DNA of 62,582 nt, filler included, from Chiloscyllium plagiosum (Eukaryota), in NCBI RefSeq assembly GCF_004010195.1. It is 4 parts of one record of this genome, joined end to end, with 100 filler letters (N's around TTAATTAATTAA, not from the genome) between each part and the next. Parts side by side here need not be neighbours in the genome. Positions count along the whole stretch, not along the records: positions 34,389 to 54,713 come from NC_057713.1; 3 more parts are not named here. One strand, given 5' to 3'. Position 1 is the first letter of the stretch, and each line of letters opens with the position of its first letter. The notes below the pieces were generated by a model, which made no database searches, had not been told where the DNA came from, and saw only the letters and a program-made list of their open reading frames with translations. Made by a program: the position numbers and the translations under genes. This document shows, piece by piece, positions 37,806 to 51,700 of the stretch.

Positions 37806-38005
37806 AGTGTAAAGGGAGATTTACTCTGTATCTAACCCCCATGCTGTACCTGCTCTGGGAGTGTTTGATGGGGACAGTGTAGGGGGAGCTTTACACTGTA
37901 TCTAGCCCTGTGCTGTGCCTGCCCTGGGAGTGTTTTATGGGGACAGTGTAGAGGGAGCTTTACACTGTATCTAGCCCCATGCTGTCTCTGCCTTGGGAGT
38001 GTTTG
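37806..38005. repeat. About 70-bp satellite, same family as 3423 (decayed reverse copies also at ~28730-28970)
   Basis: About 3 units of gtgtagagggagcttta..ctgtatcta.ccc..tgctgt...tgc..tgggagtgttt. Confidence 0.9.
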
Positions 38006-39424
38006 GTTAAGGCAGAGCGCAAGTATTAACTCTGATAACCAGTTGACACTGGTCAGTGGTGCTGTGTGTTGGGGTTCTCATTTGAATGAACTCATTTTAA
38101 AACTAAACTATCAGCTACTAGGTGCGATGATGTCAGTTGATTTTACAAAGTGACAACTGCTAAATAGAAAAGTTTTATTAAATATTTATAACCAAGTACT
38201 TGTATCTTTTTGCTTGATGAATGATCTCATTGTACACATTTAATCTGAACACCCACAAGTTGTGTGCTGGATTGCAAATCCCAGCTCATGCCCTCAAAAA
38301 TGACAAGTGAGTTAAGAACCAGTCCCAGACTCCTACCTGAGAGAGTCCGGCTGTGTGAGTGAGCGTCTGGCCGTGCGAGGGAGCGAGGGGCTGTGTGACA
38401 GCTGCACCCATCCAGGGCAAGTAGGGGGTAATCCCTCACCCTCCTGACTTGTGCCTTGTAGATGATGGACAGGCTTTGGGGAGTCAGGAGGTGAGTTACT
38501 CACTGCAGTATCCCTAGCCTCTAACCTGCTCTTGTAACCACTCTGTTTATGTGATGTGTGCAGTTGAGTTTCTGGTCAATGGTAACCCCTAGAATGTTGA
38601 TAGTGGGAGATTCAATGATGGTAACACCATTGAATATCAAGAGGCAGTGGTTAATTTGTCTTTTATTGGAGATGGTCATTGCCTGGCATTTGTATGGCGT
38701 GAATGTTTCTTGTTACGTCGAGCAAGTATTCCAGTTTTTAAATCTATAATAAGGAGAGGCAAAAGTGAACAGAGTCCCTTTAGAGAATGAGGCTGGGAAA
38801 CAATAAAGGAGAAAATCACAAAATGGTAGAGGAGCTAAGTAAATACCTTGCTTCAGAATCACAGTCAAGGACATTAAGTTGTTGTAATCACCTTAGCCTT
38901 ATTCTGCAAGCCTTCACTGAGCAATCTCCAACACAGGTATATGCCTGATTGAATACAGAGACTGAAACTGCGCACACTGTTCCTAGTGTGGTTACACCAG
39001 AATCCTGTGTAATTGAAACATAACATTTTATTGCTGCCCTACCACCACATGCCATGAAGGTCTATGTGCCATGCTTCAGTACTGTTTGTTCATTTTCAGT
39101 GTTTCTTCTACAAATACACCCAAGTTGATTTGATTTAAAAAGGCTTTCAAGTATCTTACCTTTTCAAAGAAACTGTTCTACATTTCTATTCTTATGACCA
39201 AAGTGAATGAATTCACATTTCCCCTCGTGCAATCTTACCATCACTCATTTCACCTGTCTCTTTGTAGCCTCCAAGTCCTCTCCACAGTTGACATTTCCAC
39301 GTTACTTTGTATCATCAGCAAACTTTAGTATGTTACTTTCTGCCTCTTCATCTGAGTCATTCATTCGTTCATTCATCTTCACTCAACTCGTATCTGTTGA
39401 TGAAAACTATGCCTCAAGAATCTC

Positions 39425-39622
39425 ACACAATTGTAAGACACAGAATTTAGAGCAAAAGTTTACAGTGTGAAGTATAATTTCAGTTACATCACACTGTAAA
39501 CTTTTGCTCTAAATTCTGTGCCTTACAATTGTGTCCTCCACAACCACCTGATGGAGCGGCGCTCCAAAAGCTAGTGCTTCCAGTTAAACCTGTTGGACTG
39601 TAACCTGGTGTGTGATTATTTT
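39425..39622 (+). mobile_element. PLE terminal repeat (family 2) with a 46-bp hairpin at its 5' end
   Basis: Arms 39425-39470/39489-39534 with 1 mismatch, followed by accacctgat..ggagcggcgctccaaaagctagtg (decayed hammerhead) and aaacctgttggact. Confidence 0.75.
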
Positions 39623-39624
39623 AT

Positions 39625-40503
39625 CATTCGCAAGATAGCTCAGCTTTTTAAACAATAGGTGTGAAGTCTGTCTGTGTCCCAATGCGATGTCAGACTAACA
39701 AACCCCAGTTTCACAGAGGTTTACATAGATTCATACAGTTTTTGAGCAAAATAAAATGTAATTCTGCAAAACCAAATTCACCTCACAAGCTTATATGTGT
39801 GCACATGTAGGAGCGATAGATTGAATGTGTATGTGCCCGTGATTGTGTGTGTGTGTGTATATGTGCATGTGTAAGCTAGGTTAAGTGTGTGTGAATGTGA
39901 TGGGGTATATGTGAGAGGGTGCGTGTTGGTGTGAGTGTGGCAGGAGTATGTGTGTGCATATGAGAGAGAGCTTGTGTATGAGGGAGGGTCTGTGTGTGTG
40001 TGTGAGAGAGTGCGAGAGAGTGTATCGTGCAGTGGGTCACCTGGAGTGTGACATGAACCCAAGGACCCGGTTAAGGTCATCCTCTTGGGTACCGAACTTT
40101 GCTATCAGCTTCTGCTCGGCCACTCTGCATTGTTGCTTGGCCCAAAATCCACCTGGGAAGATGGTCACCCTAAGGTCCGGGGCTGAATGTCCTGGACCGC
40201 TGAAGTGTTCCCTGACTGGGAGGGAACTTCCCGGCCTGGTGATTGTTCTGCGGTGTCCATTCATTCATTGTCGTAGCATCTGCTCTGTGTCTCCAATGTG
40301 CCATGCCTCAGGGTATCCTTGCCTGCAGCGTATGAGATAGACAACATTGGCCGAGCCACATGGGTACTTGTCATGTACATGGTGACGTGTACACGCCTTG
40401 CAGCAGCTGCTGTGGCAGGGTTGTATGGCGGTGTTGTCCTGAAGGCTGGGCAGTTTGCTACAAATCATGATCTGTTTAAGGTTTGGAGCTTATTTAAAGG
40501 TAA
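39625..40503 (-). mobile_element. Penelope-like element, inverted arm (GIY-YIG region plus CA-rich 3' UTR)
   Basis: Encodes SANVVYLIRCRQGYPEAWHIGDTEQMLRQ*MNGHRRTI...VREHFSGPGHS. Reverse-complement homologue of about 47465-48380. Confidence 0.85.
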
Positions 40504-41718
40504 TGACCTCCTCAGGAGACAGACACAGGCTGCAACAGACACGGTACCCTTTGGTGTCCTGTACTTCCTGGGAGCCAAACAGCTATGCCATGTTCTTCAC
40601 AGCCTGCAATACATTATTGATGAGGATGAGCACTTCACCAAGACCTACCCCACACCTCCACGTCTCATCTTTAAACAACCACCTTCTTTGAACACTGGCT
40701 GCCACAGTTCCTGGGCCTTCGGATCGAGTCCAGTCGGCTGCCAGATTGAAAGACTCTGTTGGGTGGAGGTGCACAGGTACAGTGACCCCCACATGATCCG
40801 AGTGCACTTCCACTCATACAGGGACAAACACGAGTGATCGAAACCTCCAGATCACTGGGAAAAAATCCACAGGCACTGCTGCACAAGGGGTCAAGAGTCA
40901 TGTTCTTCCTAGATTTGTCAGCAGCTGTAATCGGAAAGAGGAAGTCCTTCAATGAAGTTAAGAGGCTGAGGAACCTGGGCACCCAGTGCCCCATGAGGTA
41001 TCTGGTGGTGCTCTGTTTCAGCCACGAGGACTCCGTTTATAAGTTGACTCGACGAATAAAGCCAAGAAGTTTGTGGAACTTTAAAGTAGACCGACTGATC
41101 TGAAGAATATGGTTAATGTTTGTCCCCTTTTCCTTCTTTCCCTGTGTTTTCCCTTTTCCTTTCTTTTGTTTTTCCTTTCTCCCTAATAATTTTTTTAAGG
41201 GGATAAAAATCTTGGAATATGTTGTCCCTATTATATTTTTTATAATTGGATTTTGTCATGGGGATTGTAATGGGTGCTCTTTGTTGGTTTCCCCTTTTTT
41301 TTGTTCTTTTTCTCTTTTAGTCATATTTGGGGTTGACATGGAACTGAGGATGGGCGGAGTGCTTATCCTGACTTTGTCATCTTTTGTTGATTTAAGATCA
41401 TCTCCTTGTTTACTTATTTATTTTTGCCAAAGGCTGGGACACGGTCTGGGCTTGAAGGGGATGTGAAGGGGGGGATGGGTGGGGTGAGTGCCCCCTGTGG
41501 GCAGGGGGGAGAGTCTCCCATTCAAGTTTTATAATTGGTTTTCTTTGTAGCTTTTTTGGTGGCAATAGTCGTTTGTACTTATGTTTGAGTAGGTTTTGTA
41601 TACACAATTTTACAACTCTATGAATATTCATTTACTTGTGCTCGGCGCTTTGTAAGCAGGGCTCCCCCTCCTAGGGGCTTAAGGGGATATGGCTAAGTGG
41701 CTTGTTAAATGGTACACT

Positions 41719-42925
41719 TAGAGTCATAGAATCATAGAGATATACAGCATGGAAACAGACCCTTTGGTCCAAACCGTCCATGCCCACCAGATATCCCAAT
41801 CCAATCTAGTCCCAACTGCCAGCACCTGGCCCATATCCCTCCAAACCCAGCTATTCATATACTCATCCAAATGCCTTTTAAATGTTGCAATTGTACCAGC
41901 CTCCACCATTTCCTCTGGCAGCTGATTCCATACACGTACCACCCTCTGCATGAAAAAGTTGTCCCTTAGGTCTCTTTTATATCTTTCCCCTCTCACCCTA
42001 AACCTATGCCCTTCCCCCACCCCAGGGAAAAGACTTTGTCTATTTATTATATTCATGCCCCTCATAATTCTGTAAACCTCTATAAGGTCAACCCTCAGCC
42101 TCCGACGCTCCAGAGAAAACAGCCTCAGCCTGTTCAGCCTCTCCCTATAGCTCAAATCCTCCAACCCTGGCAACAGCCTTTTAGATTACTTACTTAGTGT
42201 GGAAACAGGCCCTTCGGCCCAACAAGTCCACATCGACCCGCGGAAGCGCAATCAACCCAGATCCATTCCCCTACATTTACCCCTTCACCTAACACTATGG
42301 GCAATTTAGCATGGCCAATTCACCTAACCTGCACATTTTTGGACTGTGGGAGGAAACCGGAGCACCCGGAGGAAACCCACGCAGACACGGGGGAGAATGT
42401 GCAAACTCCACACAGAGTCGCCTTGTAAATCTTTTCTGAACTCTTTCAAGTTTCACAACATCTTTCTGATAGGAAGGAGACCAGAATTGCACGCAATATT
42501 CCAACAGTGGCCTAACCAATGTCCTGTACAGCTGCAACATGACCTCCCAACTGCTGTACTCAATACTCTGACCANNNNNNNNNNNNNNNNNNNNNNNNNN
42601 NNCATTTATCTGAATTAAACTCCATCTGCCACTTCTCAGCCCATTGGCCCATCTGATCAAGATCCTGTTGTAATCTGAGGTAACCCTCTTTTGGTGTCAT
42701 CTGCAAACTTACTAACTATACCTCTTATACTCACATCCAAATCATTTATATAAATGATGAAAAGTAGAGGACCCAGCACCGATCCTTGTGGCACTCCACT
42801 GGTCACTGGCCTCCAGTCTGAAAAACAACCCTCCACCACCACCTTTGAGCCAATTCTGTATCCAAAGGGCTAGTTCTCCCTGTATTCCATGAGATCTAAC
42901 CTTGGGGAACTTTGTTGAATGTCTT
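41719..42925 (-). mobile_element. CR1 (HER1-like) LINE 3' part inserted at about codon 10 of L1 ORF2
   Basis: [26 protein letters not shown] motifs and a CTATGA-type tail; ctta at both junctions. Confidence 0.9.
42181..42420 (-). mobile_element. 5'-truncated HE1-type V-SINE inside CR1 inside L1
   Basis: gcctt at both junctions (42176-42180, 42420-42424); CR1 resumes at ccttgtaaatc. Confidence 0.9.
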
Positions 42926-45900
42926 AACATCAAGGGAAGTCATTCGCCTGTTAAAAGGAAAAAAAGTGCTTTCGAGCCTTAAGAGGGAAAGGGTTGCAGG
43001 AAACCCATCTTGACGATGGGGAACACCTTAAGTTACAACAGGGGGCATTATGATCGGGTATTCTTTTCATCCTTTACTACTATAAGTAGGGAAGTGGCTA
43101 TACTTATCCAGAAACATCTTCCATTCACATTATTAGAGCAGGTGAAAGATGAGCAAGGGTGGTTTGTGATACGTAAGGTCCTGATGCATGGGGAGGAATA
43201 TGGCATTTTAAATGTCTACTGTCCTCCGGTGCATCCTGTCAAATTTTGATTAGTGCCTTTTCTAAGCTGAGTGCCATTAAATGTGGCATGTTATTATAGG
43301 GGGGATTTAATTTGCCTTTTGGATCTGACAGTGGGCATGGTGCCTAGTGGGCCCCCAACTATCTCTTCACAGGCCACGCAGGTGACTGACTTATGCGAGG
43401 AGTTAGGGCTGGTGGGCATTTGGAGATGTCTTCACCCTCCTGGCAGGGACTTCTTTTTTTCAAACCTGCATAAATGTCATACAAGGATTAGTCTGTTTCT
43501 GGCACCCTCGATCCTTCTAGATTCGATTATAGGTTGTAAAACTGGGAACATAGCTATCTCTGATCATGCGGTGGTATATTTGGAGGTTAAGGCCAAGAGT
43601 GAGGGGCTAGGTTTGCGGCACTGGGGTTTGTATCCTTTTCTCTTCAAGGATTCCAAATTTGTGGAATACGTTTTGAGGGAGTTTCAGGAGTTTTTGACTG
43701 TCAACTCAGGCACGGCTAGTAGTTCATCTGTGCTATGGGAGACCACAAAGGCCTTTGCTGGGGGATTAGCTATTTTTTATTCGGCTAGCCGGAAACAGCA
43801 AAAGGGGGAAACAGCAGCGTCTACTTGAGACATGGCTGAAAGCCGCTGAAGTGGCACGTTTTGCGTGGCTTTCGGTGGCCAAGCTACAGCGGATCACATC
43901 CCTCCAGGCTGCCTTGAATTCAATACTAACACAAACCGAAAAAGAAAGAACTTGCTTTTGCTAAACAAAGGCTGTTTGAGTATGGGGATAGGCCAGGGAA
44001 GTATTTAGTGTACATGACTAGGAAAAAGCGTGCTCCCCAATCTATTACTGCAATTAGACACAGCGCTGGGGTTCTTACATAGGATGCCAAAAGGCTTAAT
44101 GAGGCTTTTCAGAGTTGTTATTCTGAATTGTATCGGTCTGAAGATTGAGAGGATAGGTGGGCCAAGATGGAAGCCTTTTTTAAGTGCTTGGACCTCCCAG
44201 GGGTAACCTTGGAACAAGCCCCTCTCCTTAATGCCCCCTTGACGGTTCAGGAAATACAGGAGACAGCTAGGCAGCTTCAGAGTGGGAAAGCGCCTGGCCC
44301 TGATGGTTTTCCGGGTGAGTTTTATAAGGAGTTTATAGGGATTCTGTCAGGGCCGATGTTGGAGATGTACGATCACTCCTATATGCATGAACGCCTACCA
44401 CCATCTTTGAGAGAAGCTAATATTCCCCTCATGCTTAAGAGGTGGAAGGTTCCTGAGGGTTCTGCCTCATACAGGCCCATCTCTCTATTAAATTCAGATT
44501 TTAAGATTCTGTCTAAAATGTTGGCGCTGAGTTTGGAGAAGGTATTGCCCCATATTGTTAAAGAGGACCAGACAGGTTTTATAAGGGGTTGTAGGTCCTT
44601 TAATATTAGAAGGTTGGGGAATAGGGTCCAATCATGTCAGCAACGATCGATCCGTGGGTTGGTGATTTGGTTGGGGTTTGAGATGCAGAGAAAATGTTTG
44701 ACTGGGTGGAATGGCCGTATCTCTTTTATGTCTTAGAACAGTTTGGGTTGGGTGGAGTCTTTGCTAGGTGGGTAGAGGTTTTATATCGCCACTCTCTGGC
44801 CGTGGTCGTCACCAATAGGGTGAAGTCTGGGAATTTTACGATTGGTAGGGGTAGTTGGCAAGGCTGCCCCTTTCACCGCTGTTGTTTCCATTGGTGATAG
44901 AGCCACTGGCAGAGGCCATTCGTCAGAACATCTACATAACCTCTCCGGAAGTGGGATTGAGGGCACACAAGATTACACTGTATGCGGATGGTGTCCTTCT
45001 GCTTTTATCAAACCCGATCACCTCTGTACCCTATTTGATACAATTTATCAATTCATTTGGGGCTATTTCAGGTTATAAGATCAACTTTGCAAAATCTGAG
45101 GCTATGCCTTTGGGAGATCTTAAGTTCCAGAGGCTGAAGGTGGTCGTAGGTTCCCCTTTAAGTGGTCACGGGCAGGTTTCTGATACCAAGGTATTTTTAT
45201 TACCCTCATGTTTGATCAGACTAACTTTACTCACCTGCTTGACAATAATCGGCAGGATCTCCAGAGATGGGAGGCTCTTCCAATTCCGTGGTTGGGCTAA
45301 GTAGCTCTTATTAAGATGAATGTCCTCCCTCATTTATTTTATCCCATGCGTATGCTCCCTATAATGTTTCCCAGGTCAGCTTTGTGGAAACTTACGGGTT
45401 GGTTTAGTTCCTTTGTCTGGCGTCATCAAACTTACTAAATTGCAGTTGCCTTAAGGATGGGGAGGAGTTGATTTCCCAGACAGCAGGAGGTATCAATTGA
45501 GTTCCCTGCTGTCCTTTGTGTGCGATTGGGCAGGTAACGTTCCAGGATCAATATAGCTGGATATCAAGGCCTCCCAGGCAAAGTGCCTTCTTATTAACCT
45601 GTTGTTCATGGATAAGGTGAGGACAGTTATGGACCACTGACAGTTATGGACCTATTGTTGTTAGTACGGTCAAGGCATGGAGGGTGATGCGTCAGAGTGA
45701 GGGTTGTTTATCCAAGACTTCGCCACTTACACCTATAGTTGGCATGCCAGGGTTCTGGCCAGGGATGATGGACTCAGGGCAGCGAGAGGAGTTTCCAGTT
45801 TGGGAGAGTTGTTTGAGGGAGTGGTTATGATGTCCTTGAGCTGCAAATGCGGGTTGCCCAGCCGAGATCTTTTCTGTTTTTTTCCGGTTAGGGATTTCAT

Positions 45901-46890
45901 CCAGAAGAAGACTACGCTTCTCACTAAGCCCTATAAGCCCAATACAGAGAGGTTGTTGCTATACTCCACAAGTACCCTTTCAGTTAGTGTCCTCTATCGC
46001 CTGCTGGGTGGCAGGGCCTGGCAGGATATTAACCCGTTATATGAAGTCTGGGAGCAAGAGCTGGGAGTGGAGATCTGTTCTGAAATATGGGAGAATGCTC
46101 GAAAGATCTCAATCTGTAATAGGACATGCGCTACGCAGTTAAAAGGTCTGCACAGGGTTCATCTGGCACTGGACCGTCTGGCAAAGTTTATAAAAGGGGC
46201 ATCTCCAATGTGCCCCAAATGTAAAATAAGTGTAGGTACTCTTACCCATTGCTTCTGGACTTACCACAGGCTCCGTGTTTATTGGAGCACTGTGGTGGGA
46301 GAGATAGGGAAGGTATTAAGGACGGAAGTTAAAGTAGACTCGATATCTCTCTTCCTAGGTCTACCGAATTTATCATCTTTAGACGAGCATGGGAAGAAAC
46401 TGTTCAATATTCTTACTTACTGTGCACAGAAGAAGATTCTGATGAATTGGGTATCTGAGAACCCACTGGGCTTACTGGGATGGCGAAAATTAATTATGGA
46501 ACACATTCCTTTGGATTTTTTCACGAATATGGTGCACCACACAACAGATATTTTTTATAAGACATGGCAGCCTTTTTTGAGTTATTTGGATACAGATTTG
46601 TCTGCTATTTGAACTAGGGCATTCGTTTAACTAGGGTGGTTAGGTTTGCTGAGCCCTGGGCCCTGGGAGGGGGACTCCTGAGTGATTACGGGTGTATATA
46701 CAACACTCCTGTTTTTTGTTGGGAGCTTTGTGCCAAGCATTGTTACTGTGTTCTTTTATTTTTTTTCAGTCAATTGCTTATTTATTGGTGTTGTTTTGTG
46801 CAGTGTTTTGTTTTATAGGGTAGGTTAGTAGATAGTAGTTGTGTTGTAATTTATGTTTTTGTTTATTATACTGTTTTTTTATAACTTTAT

Positions 46891-47405
46891 ACTTGGAATA
46901 TTGTGTACAGTTCTGGTCCCCATATTTTGGGAAGGATGTGGAAGCATTGGAAAAGGTGCAGAGGAGATTTACCAGAATGTTGCCTGGTCTGGAGGGAAGG
47001 TCTTATGAAGAAAGGCTGAGAGACTTGGGTCTGTTCTCATTGTAAAGAAGGTGGTGAAGAGAGAATTTGATAGAGACATACAAGATGATCAGAGGATTAC
47101 ATAGGGTAGACAGTGAAAGTCTTTTTCCTAGGACGATGACATCAGCTTGTACGAGGGGACATAACTACAAATTGAGGGGTGATAGATTTAAGATAGATGA
47201 CAGAGGCAGGTTCTTTACGCAGAGTGGTAAGGGCGTGGAATGCTCTACCTGCTAATGTAGTCAACTCAGCCACATTAGGGAGATTGAAACAATCCTTCGA
47301 TAAGCACATGAATGATTTTGGGATAGTGTAGGGGGATGAGCTGAGAATAGTTCACAGGTCGAGGGCCGAAGGGCCTGTTCTACGCTGTATTGTTCTATGT
47401 TCTAT
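46891..47405 (+). mobile_element. CR1 3' fragment inserted in the L1 3' UTR
   Basis: LEYCVQFWSP...RRFTRMLPGL; tgttctatgttctat tail. Confidence 0.88.
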
Positions 47406-48403
47406 ATTTTTGTAAAGTTGAAAAAAGTTTTTTTTTGCATAATAAATATATTTTTTTAAAAAACAGTTCATTGTTCATAGCAAACTGCCCGGGCTTCATG
47501 ATAACAACACCATACAACCTTGCCACAGCAGCTGCTGCAAGATGTGTCAGAGTATCCACACGGGTAACACCATTACACGTAGGGACACCTCCCACCATGT
47601 ACGTGGCGATTACTCATGTGATTTGGCCAAATGCAATCTATCTCAAATGCTGTAGGTAAGGATGGCATGAGGCATGTTACGTTGGTGAGACCAAGCAGAC
47701 GCTACGGCAACGGATGAATGGACAACACACAACAATCACCAGGCACGAGTGTTCCCTCCCAGTCGGGGAACACTTCAGCGGTCCAGGACATTCGGCCTCT
47801 GACCTTCGGGTGACTATCCTCCAAGGTGGACTTTGGGACAAGCAACAATGCAGAGTGGCTGAGCAGAGGCTGATAGCAAAGTTTGGTACCCATGGGAATG
47901 GCCTCAACCGGGACCTTGGATTCACGTCACACTACAGGTGACCCCACTGCACGATACACACTCTATCTCTCTCTCACTTACACACACACACACACACCAC
48001 TACATACTCTTGCACCCACGCAGACCCCCCTCACACACAAGCTTTATCTCATATACACACACATCCCCCGCACTCACACCAACACATGCACCCTCTCACA
48101 CATACCCCATTACTCATACAATCTATCACGTGCACTCACACACACACACAAACGTCCACACTCACAAGCACACTCAATCTATCGCTCCTACATGTGCACA
48201 CATATATATTTATGAAGTGAATTTGTTTTTTGCAGAATTACATTTTATTTTGCTCAAAAACTGCATGAATCCATGTAAAACTCTGTGAAACTATCCAGAG
48301 GATTTGTCAGTCTGACATCGCCTTGGGTCATAGACAGACTTCACACCCATTGTTTAAAAAGCTGAGCTACCTTAAGAATGCAATTTAAAAGAAGTTCTGG
48401 GAA

Positions 48404-48710
48404 TTAGATTACATTCCCTAGAGCGTGGAAACAGGCCCTTCGGCCCAACATGTCCACACCGACCCTCTGAAGAGTAACCCGCCCAGACCCATCCCCCCTG
48501 ACTAATGTACCTAACACTACGGGCAATTTAGCATGTCCAATCCACCTGACCTTCACATCTTCGGACTGTGGGAGGAAACCGGAGCATCCGGAGGAAACCC
48601 ACGTAGACACGGGGAGAACGTCCATACTCCACACAGACAGTTGCCCAAGGCTGGAATCGAACCCGGTTCCCTAGCGCTGTGAGACAGCAGTGCTGACCAC
48701 CGTGCCGCCC
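48404..48710 (-). mobile_element. HE1-type V-SINE inside the PLE 3' UTR
   Basis: V domain and A/B boxes. Confidence 0.88.
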
Positions 48711-51700
48711 CTTACATACCAAAGAACAGAAAAAGCATATCCCATTCTAAAAGATGAAAGTTTTAATCTAAGATGGTTTACTGTATCACATCTCCATGGC
48801 ACTGGACTCCTTTGGATATGAATTCTGTGAGCATGATCTTAACCCCGACAACCACCTGATGAAGGAGCGACACTCCGAAAGGATTCCAAATAAACCTGTT
48901 GGACTATAACCTGGTATTGTGTGATATTTAACTTTATCCATTCAGTAGAGACAGTGATGGTGTTGATCATTTAACTGGACATGTGTAATTACATACAAGG
49001 AGCGGAAGTAGGCCATTCAGCCCTTCAGTATACTCCACAACAATAACTTGAAACACTACCCACCCCAATATAACCTTTCAGCTCCTGTGCTTAACAAGAA
49101 TCTATCAACCTCTGCCTTGAAAAGCTTCAAGGACTAAGTTTCCACCAACTTTTCAGGAAGAACGTTTTTGCAAGATTGCAGTGAGTTGTGTGCTAATTAT
49201 TGCTTTTTAAATACCTTTTTAACAGCCCAACTGACCTCATTAGTACTCCATTTCCTATCTTACCAAACAAGGTAACTGCCAAGAAAACCCAGCCTAGTGT
49301 TCAGGGGGTGTGTAGTTAGGTGCATTAGTTAGGGATAAATGTAGAGTTAGAGGGTTGGGGAATGGGTATGGGTGGGAGACTGTTTGGAGGGTTGGTATAG
49401 ATTTGATGGGCCAAATGGCCTGTTTCCACACTAGGGATTCTATGGTTCTATGAATTCAGAGTAGGAGCAAATTACTGCTGATTCTGGAATATGTACTGAA
49501 AACAACAGATCGGTCAGGCAGCATCCATGGAGGGAGAGCAAGCGAAAGATTCACTGTCTCTCCATAGTTGCTGCCTAAACTGCTGGGATCTCTAGAATTC
49601 ACAGTGACTGACTGATGAATTCAGTTTCTACTTGCTCCAAAGGACCCCTGTGTCACCTCCCACAAAACTGCAGGCAGGGGCATGATCTACGGGCATCCCT
49701 TTCCCATTGGCATTAGCATCTGGCATCTGTCAATTTGTTGTGGCCATCCTGGCTCATCTCTGATCGAAGAGCAGTGTGCTCTGGAAACAGACTGGCATTG
49801 CAGGGCACACCAGCAACTAATGTGGAAAGGCTGCAGCGGTGACAGGTAGTACCGAGGGGTGGGCACCCAGCTCACAGTCTGCTCATTCACTCACTTACTG
49901 CTGACCTGCTTGGTTACAACATCCCTGCCTCTGCAGTCTGAGGAGTCTGGGGTCTCATAGCAACCAGTTGGAGGTGGACGGGTAATAGAGCTAACATAAT
50001 GGAGGAAATCTACAGCCCCCAGTCAGCGGTGTGGACTCCTTGTGTCACATTGTCTGGGTAAGTCCTTTGAGGATGTGGGCCACAGGCATGTCCATTAAGT
50101 CTGTCTGTGAGGGACTGGTGGAGAACAGCAAAGCATGCTGAGAAGTGTTCATGGTGGGGGTGGGCATGGGATTGGTATCTGACCAGAGCAGGACTGTACT
50201 TCTTGTGCCAAGGGCTCAGTGGGCAGGTGGAGGCTCATGAACATGGATTGGGTGGGGACCTGGGGAGGTGTGAAGCCTGTGGGAAGGGGATCTGGATGTT
50301 TGAGCACTCCCCACCCCCTTAAGGCAGTCTACTGGCTGAGGAGCATTCACTATCACTTTCCATCAGGGAAAAGGCGGGGTAAATCCTTCAATCTGTGAAG
50401 TACTGGGACTGTAGCACACAGCGGTGTGGCAGGTTTTAGTGGGAAACAATATTACACATGGACCATATACTGTATAGGACTTGGGCATGCAGGATTCCTG
50501 CCCATTGGGAAACACTGACCCTTGGCCTCTCTGTGTGGTCCAAGATCAGGGAGGACTCATCCATTGCTGGACAACTCATTGACAGCTACACTTCTGGGCC
50601 CAGAGACTGTCACACAATAGGCATGTTGTAAGATGAGGAAGACCCAAGGGGTCAGCCTGTGTACACTTGTTCTCTGGCTCCCAGCATAGACCTTCGACCA
50701 TGTGGCTATGAGGTAATTCTGGGCAGACTGACACATAGCGATGAACATCCAAGTGTATGGTTAGAGTGATAAATTCATACAAAAGTTCAGAATCATTTAC
50801 ACACCATTGTCACCCACATCCCCAGAGTGCCCTCAATACGTCTCAGTGTTGCCCCTGGATTGGTGGATGGGGTGCAGGGAGTCTGCTCTGATGTGGAGCC
50901 ATTGACCCTGGAGATTTGGTTGAATGACTTTAGGGGCATTTGGATTGAGATGGGCCAAACGTGCTGAGTGTCATCTGGCAGAGACAGGATGAGCTTCCTC
51001 GGGGTGAACTGCCAAAGGTCAGTGATGGTGGCAGGTGGAACCTCAGGAGGGAGGGTCTTGTGTTCCTTCCCGAGCTGGGACCCTCCTGACACTGCCCTGT
51101 CTCCTTGTGAGGACAGGGCACATCCAGTTAGCACTAGGTTGCCTGTTGCCCCTGTTGTCTGGGTTAATGGTGTGTACCTGAGGGGACTGGGCCTGGTTCA
51201 TTGTGGCACTCCCAAACCTGTCCATGAAGGCAGTCAGTCAGTCGTGATTAACCACACTGCTGCAGCTCTATGCCATGAGGACCATAGCCACACACATACC
51301 TGCTTGCTGCTCCTGACCATCCTCCACCCTCACCTCTCTCTGCATGGGCGTGATATCTCTTCTGACTCCACAGGGTCCGCTCCTGCCTGAGGCTGAGCAA
51401 GTGCCTGATCATCGACAGTCCTGTGAGTGTCAGTGGCCTGGGCGATTCTTCCTCAGCCAGCTGAGCAGCTGCTTGTAGTCCCACACACTCGGTATCTGAG
51501 CTGAGGTAGCCTTGCTGCTGCTTCCTCTAAGGCCTCAGGACTGTTCTCAGAGGGCCAGGAGGTGATTCTGGGCATCTGACTGTTTCTCCATAGAGATACT
51601 GTCAGTCTCTGCCTTGAATATACTTTATAAGACTGTAAGATATCAGAGTAAAATTAGGCCATTTGAACTGTTCAGTCAGTTCCACCATTCGATCAAGGCT

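Larger units (their letters stand above)
40686..47463 (+). mobile_element. Degenerate 5'-truncated L1-clade LINE (ORF1 C-terminus, spacer, ORF2 APE-RT-CCHC, 3' UTR)
   Basis: ORF1 ...VMFFLDLSAAVIGKRKSFNEVKR. ORF2 from ATG 41689 (MAKWLVKWYT..NIKGSHSPVKRKK, QETHL, SDHA, GKAPGPDGF, SYRPISLLN, DQTGF, QGCP, LYADG, CPKC..THCFW). AATAAA at 47441. Many stops and frameshifts. Confidence 0.92.
40504..48935 (+). mobile_element. Penelope-like element split by a roughly 6.8-kb L1 (pieces 40504-~40685 and ~47462-48935)
   Basis: The ORF reads ...TYPTPPRLIFKQPP| then |KQFIVHSKLPGLHDN...YVGETKQTLRQRMNGQH. It ends in a family 2 repeat with CUGAUGA-A-GGAG-CGACA-CUCC-GAAA at about 48856-48880. Confidence 0.8.

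Noticed and set aside
45704..46612. 302-aa ORF as a host gene
   Set aside because: It is the C-terminal CCHC region of a frameshifted L1 ORF2.
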